Source of the DNA: Ignavibacteriota bacterium
GTDB taxonomy: Bacteria; Bacteroidota; Ignavibacteria; UBA10030; UBA6906
Length of the DNA: 64,000 bases
Assembly: GCA_963801355.1 (NCBI GenBank)
Contig: CAWDEM010000004.1
Location: forward strand, 1,408,001 to 1,472,000
Direction of reading: 5' to 3'
Shown here: piece after piece, positions 58,679-64,000 of the stretch
Numbering within the stretch: position 1 is the first letter of the stretch
How the letters are laid out: the number at the start of each line of letters is the position of its first letter
Position numbers and translations under genes: made by a program
Notes under the pieces: model-generated
Database searches by the model: none
The model's input: only the letters and a program-made list of their open reading frames with translations
What the model was told of the DNA's origin: nothing

Positions 58679-61174
58679 ATGAGTACTCCTTCAATCGTTA
58701 TGACCGCCCTCGCAGTCATGTGTCTCCCGATGGTACCGTCCGCTGCACAAACACATGCAGTCGCCGGCGGGAACACTTATGACATTGACCGTTGCGTGAA
58801 CAGTTTCACGCAGGCCCGGATTGAGTCGACCGGTGCCGGATACCAGTACTGGTTTGCCGACAAGAAGTTTCTGGACGGCCGGACGTTGAAACTGAGTGTC
58901 ATCAGACCGCACGAAGGAACCCATCCCCCTCATGCTCACCGGGAAGACGAGTTTTTCTTTGTACTGGAGGGACGGGCGGAATTCTCCCTCGACGGAAAGA
59001 CCCGGGTGGTGGATCCTTATACCAGTCTTTATTGTCCGCCGCAGGTCAGGCACGGCATTCGGAATGCCGGCGACGGAGAGCTGAAGTATCTGGTAATCAA
59101 AAAGTATCCGATGCCTGACCCGGGAGCCATGGGCAACGCAGACACCGTAAGTACCCAGAGTTTCTATGACAGTGCACATCACTGGTACGATATCCGGGAT
59201 GAGGCGCGCGAAATAGATCCTCAACCCGGACGACCCAGATACGGCACGCAGGAAGTGTCACGGATTGCGGACAATATTGTGCTCTACCAGAAGCCGAATG
59301 GCGGGTGGCCCAAGAACTACGATATGCGGGCGATCCTCACCGATGCACAGAAAAGCATCCTTGCGAAGAAACAAAACGGGAGGTCGACGACCTTTGACAA
59401 TGGCGCCACGCACTCACAGGTGCAGTATCTCGCCGAAGCGTATCGCATCACGCATCAGGGCCGGCACCGCGACGCATGTGTGCGCGGGATTGATTTCATC
59501 CTGAAGGCGCAATTGCCCAACGGCGGATGGCAGCAGTTCTATCCGGACACCACCGGATACCGCCGCTACATCACGTTCAACGACGGTGCGATGATCGGCG
59601 TGATGAAAGTGCTTCAGCGGATCGTGGAGAACACACCGGAGTACTCGTTCCTCGATCCGGCACGGCGTGCCAGAGCACGCAAGGCATTCACGAAGGGGGT
59701 GGAGTGCATCGTGAAGTGTCAGATCAGGGACGGAGAAGGGCTGACCGCATGGGCACAGCAGCACGACAATCACGACTTCAGCCCCCGGCCGGCTCGTTCG
59801 TTCGAACCCGTGGCAATCACGGGAATGGAAAGTGCGGAAATCGTGCTCTTTCTGATGTCATTGCCCGCACCGTCGGCAGAAGTCGTCAACGCCGTTCAGT
59901 GTGCGGTACGGTGGTTTGACCGGACGCGCATCACCGGCGTGCGGGTGAGGGAAATGCGAGCGCCACGGGCGCAGTACATGTACCACACTACCGAGACGGA
60001 CAGAATCCTCGTGTCTGATCCCAACGCTCCGCCTCTCTGGGCGCGCTATTACGAACTCGGGTCGCAGGTACCTCTCTTCTGCAACCGCGACGGGAAAATA
60101 GTCTATTCGCTCGCGGAGGTCGAACGGGAACGTCGAACGGGGTACGCGTGGTACACGGAAGATCCGGCAGAAGTGTTGAAGCAGTATCCGGTCTGGCAGC
60201 AAACCCATGCACCGGGGGCGAACGTAACCGCGAGGCCCCGGACTCCGGATCCCATGTCACCACCTCTGGATACGTCATTTACGACATGGATTGTGTGGCA
60301 GAAGCTTCGTGAGGAGCACCCCCGGGCAGTGCCTGTGGTGGTGCCGCCGTCACCTGAGGTTCGTGTCTGGGTGAACCTCGTGTACACCGCGCATGGGTAC
60401 AGGCATCTTTCGCTTGACCTGTTCGCTCCCGAGGATCAGGGTGAGGGGCCGTTCCCGGGTGTTGTGATCATTCATGGCGGCGGTTGGCGTTCGGGCGACA
60501 GGAAGATGGAGACGCCGATGGCGCGCTATCTTGCCGCCCACGGGTTCGTCGCTGTCACCGTAGAGTACCGGCTTTCGCCGGAGGCGCAGTACCCCGCGGC
60601 AGTGCAGGATCTCAAGGCGGCAATCAGGTGGATGCGCGCTCATGCCGGCGAGTACCGCATCGATTCGTCGCGCATCGCCGTCATGGGTGGGTCAGCGGGA
60701 GGGACGCTCGCGGCCCTCCTCGGAACGACGGGAGACCGGAAGGAATTCGAGAGCAAGGGCACGCATCCCGGCTATTCCACGGCCGTGCAGGCGATTATCG
60801 ACATCGACGGGGTTGTGGACTTCACCGACAGTGCCGAAAGCGGGAAGGACCTTGATCCGGCGAAGCCTTCGGCGGGGAAGCTGTGGTTCGGAAATGCGTA
60901 TCATGACCGGCCGGAGCTCTGGAAAGAGGCGTCACCACTGACGTGGGCGAGTGCGGTGACGCCGCCGATCATGTTCATCAACAGTTCAATCGAACGGTTT
61001 CACGCGGGACGGGATGCGATGATTGCCAGACTGAACGCTCGCGGTGTGTATTCCGAAGTGCACACGTTGCAGGGGACACCGCACACCTTCTGGCTTTTCC
61101 ACCCCTGGTTCAATGAAACCTCAACGCTCGTCGCGGCATTTCTCAACCGGACACTGCGGGGGACTACTCGGTGA
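58679..61174 (+). CDS. Secreted cupin + PL10 pectate lyase + alpha/beta esterase fusion
   Basis: Cupin HPPHAH.EDE...HGIRN; PL10 GGWPKN, TFDNGAT, GGWQQF, ITFND, WAQQH, ARSFE, ERRTGYAW; esterase HGGGW, GGSAGG, PH.FW. Confidence 0.88.
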   Translation: MSTPSIVMTALAVMCLPMVPSAAQTHAVAGGNTYDIDRCVNSFTQARIESTGAGYQYWFADKKFLDGRTLKLSVIRPHEGTHPPHAHREDEFFFVLEGRAEFSLDGKTRVVDPYTSLYCPPQVRHGIRNAGDGELKYLVIKKYPMPDPGAMGNADTVSTQSFYDSAHHWYDIRDEAREIDPQPGRPRYGTQEVSRIADNIVLYQKPNGGWPKNYDMRAILTDAQKSILAKKQNGRSTTFDNGATHSQVQYLAEAYRITHQGRHRDACVRGIDFILKAQLPNGGWQQFYPDTTGYRRYITFNDGAMIGVMKVLQRIVENTPEYSFLDPARRARARKAFTKGVECIVKCQIRDGEGLTAWAQQHDNHDFSPRPARSFEPVAITGMESAEIVLFLMSLPAPSAEVVNAVQCAVRWFDRTRITGVRVREMRAPRAQYMYHTTETDRILVSDPNAPPLWARYYELGSQVPLFCNRDGKIVYSLAEVERERRTGYAWYTEDPAEVLKQYPVWQQTHAPGANVTARPRTPDPMSPPLDTSFTTWIVWQKLREEHPRAVPVVVPPSPEVRVWVNLVYTAHGYRHLSLDLFAPEDQGEGPFPGVVIIHGGGWRSGDRKMETPMARYLAAHGFVAVTVEYRLSPEAQYPAAVQDLKAAIRWMRAHAGEYRIDSSRIAVMGGSAGGTLAALLGTTGDRKEFESKGTHPGYSTAVQAIIDIDGVVDFTDSAESGKDLDPAKPSAGKLWFGNAYHDRPELWKEASPLTWASAVTPPIMFINSSIERFHAGRDAMIARLNARGVYSEVHTLQGTPHTFWLFHPWFNETSTLVAAFLNRTLRGTTR

Positions 61175-62393
61175 ACTTCGCGAGCACATCACGGGCCGCA
61201 TCTTTGTGCACAGAGATCCCGAGCATTTTCAACTTCACATAGTCTTCATGGAAGAAGTAGTACCCCGGGTGCGCGCTGTTGTAAGCAGTGCTCCATGAAT
61301 CTTTGACCAGATACCAGTCTTTGCCATCCTTTTCGGTGTACCCCACAAGGTGCAGTCCGTGATCATCGGTGGTGGTCCCGTTACTAAAACGGAACTGCCG
61401 TGACAGCTCGTCGATTCCCGAAGAGAGGATATCAAATGACGGCACGACGGCGATCCCGGCGGAGCCGTAGGAATACCCCGCCTCGGAGAAGTCTCCCCCG
61501 ATTGCTACGGAATACCCGTTGCGGATGGCATTCTTGAGTGTTCGCATGAAATCATCCAGGGGGATGTTGTAGTAGTCCATGCTGTGCCACCAGTTGTCCG
61601 GCACTTCGAACTCCACCTTCCGGAAGTAGGGTTTTTCCATCAGCGAAAAGAGGTCCACGTAGTCGTCGGGATTCAAACGCACGACATCGGCCAGATATTC
61701 CTGGGGGGTCATGTTCCTGCCGTCCACTGTCACCGTTGCAGGCGGGGGGCCCAGATAGTGGTCCAGGATGGAACGGACTGTTGCGACGACCTCCTCCTCA
61801 TTCCAGGCATTGCGGTCCCTGATGCCGTTGAGATAGTTCTCGATCTCGGGGAAAAGAGTGTTTTCGTGGTCATGGAATTTCATTCCGCTTTTGAAGCCGG
61901 TGTACGCCGGGCCGGGCACGGCACCGTATTTCTTCCAGATGCGGAACACCGCGTTTGCCTCCGAGCCTTCGCCGATATGTGTCTTCCCTCGTGTCTGTAC
62001 GAACGCTCTTGCTTTCTCAACATACTCCCAGTACACCGTGTGCAGTTCGGAAAGCTTGATCTCGCATCTTGTCAGTCGATAGATCTCCGATTCGAGGAGG
62101 GATGTTGTGGAGAAGGACCAGCACATCCCCGAGAGGCCCTGGGGAAGAGGAGGGAAATGCCAGACGCTTTTGAATTCAGGGATTGCTGAGGGGGCCGATA
62201 TAGTCGAGAAATCAAGCTGCATCTTCTCCTTTGCCGGTTCGTCCGGCCCGGCTCGTTTCAATTCCGCTTTGATGGAATCTTTCATGCGATCGTTCTTTAC
62301 TTCGAACACCGCGCGGTCGCGGCGGTCCTGCGCCCGCAGTCCGAGCAACGCGGGGAGAAGTACGATCAGGAGAAGGCCGGCAATTCGTTTCAC
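61164..62393 (-). CDS. Secreted C1-family cysteine peptidase (aminopeptidase C-like)
   Basis: QG.SGMCWSFS (catalytic Cys), TTDDHGLHLVG (His), VKDSW. Confidence 0.9.
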   Translation of the reverse strand: MKRIAGLLLIVLLPALLGLRAQDRRDRAVFEVKNDRMKDSIKAELKRAGPDEPAKEKMQLDFSTISAPSAIPEFKSVWHFPPLPQGLSGMCWSFSTTSLLESEIYRLTRCEIKLSELHTVYWEYVEKARAFVQTRGKTHIGEGSEANAVFRIWKKYGAVPGPAYTGFKSGMKFHDHENTLFPEIENYLNGIRDRNAWNEEEVVATVRSILDHYLGPPPATVTVDGRNMTPQEYLADVVRLNPDDYVDLFSLMEKPYFRKVEFEVPDNWWHSMDYYNIPLDDFMRTLKNAIRNGYSVAIGGDFSEAGYSYGSAGIAVVPSFDILSSGIDELSRQFRFSNGTTTDDHGLHLVGYTEKDGKDWYLVKDSWSTAYNSAHPGYYFFHEDYVKLKMLGISVHKDAARDVLAKFTE

Positions 62394-62420
62394 GGGTTCA
62401 CTCCTTGAGACTGCACACGT

Positions 62421-64000
62421 TTATCGGCGTGGGCCGATCTGTTCAAACGGAATTGGTTGAAACTCCGGCAGGTTCCGGTACACGTCGGCGTCTTTCTTCA
62501 AGCGAAAATCGAGAGCTCCGGAATTGACAAAACCCGGATCCGTCCGGGTGATATAGTTGTCACCAAAATCACACTGCGCATACTTACCCACCAGGCGAAA
62601 CGTTTCGTCGTAGTTCACGAGCACGTTTCTGTCAAAAGTATTTCGCCGGGGGCGCATACCGACATAGGTCTTGCCGTCCGGAAGAAGGTCGAGCCAATCT
62701 TTCAGCCCGGGGTAGCGTTCACTGTAGGGAGGGATCCGGATGTCCACAGAACAGGTCAACCGGTTCGTGTAGATGCCGTTTTCACCGAAGAAGTAGGGGA
62801 TTTCAAACTGCCCGAAATCATACCACATGGACTTGAGCTGGTACGCCGGCCCGAAGCCCTCAATGAAAATATTGTTGCGTACGGTGATATCGTGTCCGCC
62901 GTTGCTGTACACCGTTCCGTACGAAGCGACGCGATAGAAGACGTTTCCTTCGATCAGCACGCCGCAGGTTGCATCATCGCAATACACACCCATCATCCAC
63001 TTCCGGTCGGGGCGTCCAACTTCGTAGAAGAAGTTCCATCGGACGATGTTGCCCTGGTCACTCGGGTCGCGCCCGAGGTACCAGGCCGAGGCGTCATTCG
63101 CGTTGCGGGCGACATGGTGAATTCGGTTGAATTCGCACACGTGATCATTTCCGTGGACGATGATCGCCTGCAGGTCGCCGTCGAATATTTCATTGTGAAC
63201 CACGCGGTTGCCGCAGCCGTCGACGATCACACCGGCGGCGCCCGCCTTGTTCCTCCGTGTGAACTCATGAATCCGGCAATCGGTCACGGTGCATCCTCCC
63301 GCGACCAGGTCTTTCTTGCTCCCGCCGCCAAGAATAATTCCGCCGGAGCCGGTGTTGTAGATGTCGCACCGTTCGATGACGTGGCCCTTGCCCGCATTGC
63401 GATCCCAGACGGTATTCCGGTACATCTGTGAGTGCAACGAACCCACTTCACGTGATGAGGGAACACCGGTGTAGTCATCTGCGGTGATATGCGGAAAGGT
63501 CTGGCGGGCTCCGCATCCCAGCATCACCCCGACCGTCCCGAAGTTCCTGATGGTACATCCGGCGATGCGGTTGCGTGCCCCGCCTTCCATGGAGATGCCC
63601 AGGCCCCGGCCATTTTCGACAATGAGGTTTCGCAACACGCAGTCCGAGGCCTCTTCAATGGCAATCAGCGGTTGTTCCAGAATGGAAACCTCAATGCGTG
63701 CCGTTGTCATGTCCCCGGGGGGCCAGAGGAAAAGAAGTCCGGAAGGTGGATCCACGTACCACTCGCCGGGGGTGTCGAGCTCTTCGAGAAGATTCAGCGC
63801 CACGTATTGATTGAAATTCTCGCCGCTGCCGAGTCCGTACATGTGGGGAGATGCCAGCGTCACTTCCTGCCGCACGGTGTCGATCCGGGCTATCTTGATC
63901 TTGTCGTCGGCGAAGCCGTGATGAAAGAAGCCCTGCAGCCATGCATCCGGTGCAGAGACCCACCTGTTGTGGCGGACATCGGTATACCGGAACCGTCCGG
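62421..64000 (-). CDS. Right-handed beta-helix carbohydrate-active protein, 5' end outside the window
   Basis: Frame is open to the window edge; NLLEELDTPGEWY, repeated beta-helix coils, GVYCDD, NGGHD..VRNNIF. Confidence 0.8.
   Translation of the reverse strand, partial: GRFRYTDVRHNRWVSAPDAWLQGFFHHGFADDKIKIARIDTVRQEVTLASPHMYGLGSGENFNQYVALNLLEELDTPGEWYVDPPSGLLFLWPPGDMTTARIEVSILEQPLIAIEEASDCVLRNLIVENGRGLGISMEGGARNRIAGCTIRNFGTVGVMLGCGARQTFPHITADDYTGVPSSREVGSLHSQMYRNTVWDRNAGKGHVIERCDIYNTGSGGIILGGGSKKDLVAGGCTVTDCRIHEFTRRNKAGAAGVIVDGCGNRVVHNEIFDGDLQAIIVHGNDHVCEFNRIHHVARNANDASAWYLGRDPSDQGNIVRWNFFYEVGRPDRKWMMGVYCDDATCGVLIEGNVFYRVASYGTVYSNGGHDITVRNNIFIEGFGPAYQLKSMWYDFGQFEIPYFFGENGIYTNRLTCSVDIRIPPYSERYPGLKDWLDLLPDGKTYVGMRPRRNTFDRNVLVNYDETFRLVGKYAQCDFGDNYITRTDPGFVNSGALDFRLKKDADVYRNLPEFQPIPFEQIGPRR

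Overview
A 64 kb GC-rich bacterial chromosome segment with about 46 genes, one tRNA, and no rRNA, CRISPR array or recognisable mobile element. A Bacteroidota-type phe/tyr operon combined with sigma70-like -35/-10 promoters and SD sites suggests an Ignavibacteria-like (FCB) organism (inference). In order: carB followed 8 bp later by an O-carbamoyltransferase with SxtJ/SxtK-like partners; a 13 kb cluster of sugar/amine catabolic enzymes (LarA family, heparinase II/III-like, two Gfo/Idh/MocA with one frameshifted, class III aminotransferase, MDR dehydrogenase, ArgE-like, D-2-hydroxyacid dehydrogenase); tRNA-His-hisS-hutH-aldo/keto reductase; msrB; a surface-polysaccharide block; a PVM-like microcompartment operon; pheA-aminotransferase-tyrA-DAHPS/CM; a TetR-TolC-RND efflux operon; nucleoside and amino-acid transporters; a cupin-PL10-esterase fusion; a C1 peptidase; and a truncated beta-helix protein. 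Best findings: (1) a tRNA-His lacking the near-universal G-1:C73 identity element (T at -1, G1:U72, A73), 36 bp upstream of a HisRS resembling the divergent alphaproteobacterial type and followed by hutH, under a promoter covered by a perfect 20-bp palindrome; (2) an unannotated, probably leaderless Phe/Tyr-rich leader peptide with a complete protector/antiterminator/terminator attenuator in front of pheA. Family assignments come from motif recognition by eye; no searches were run.
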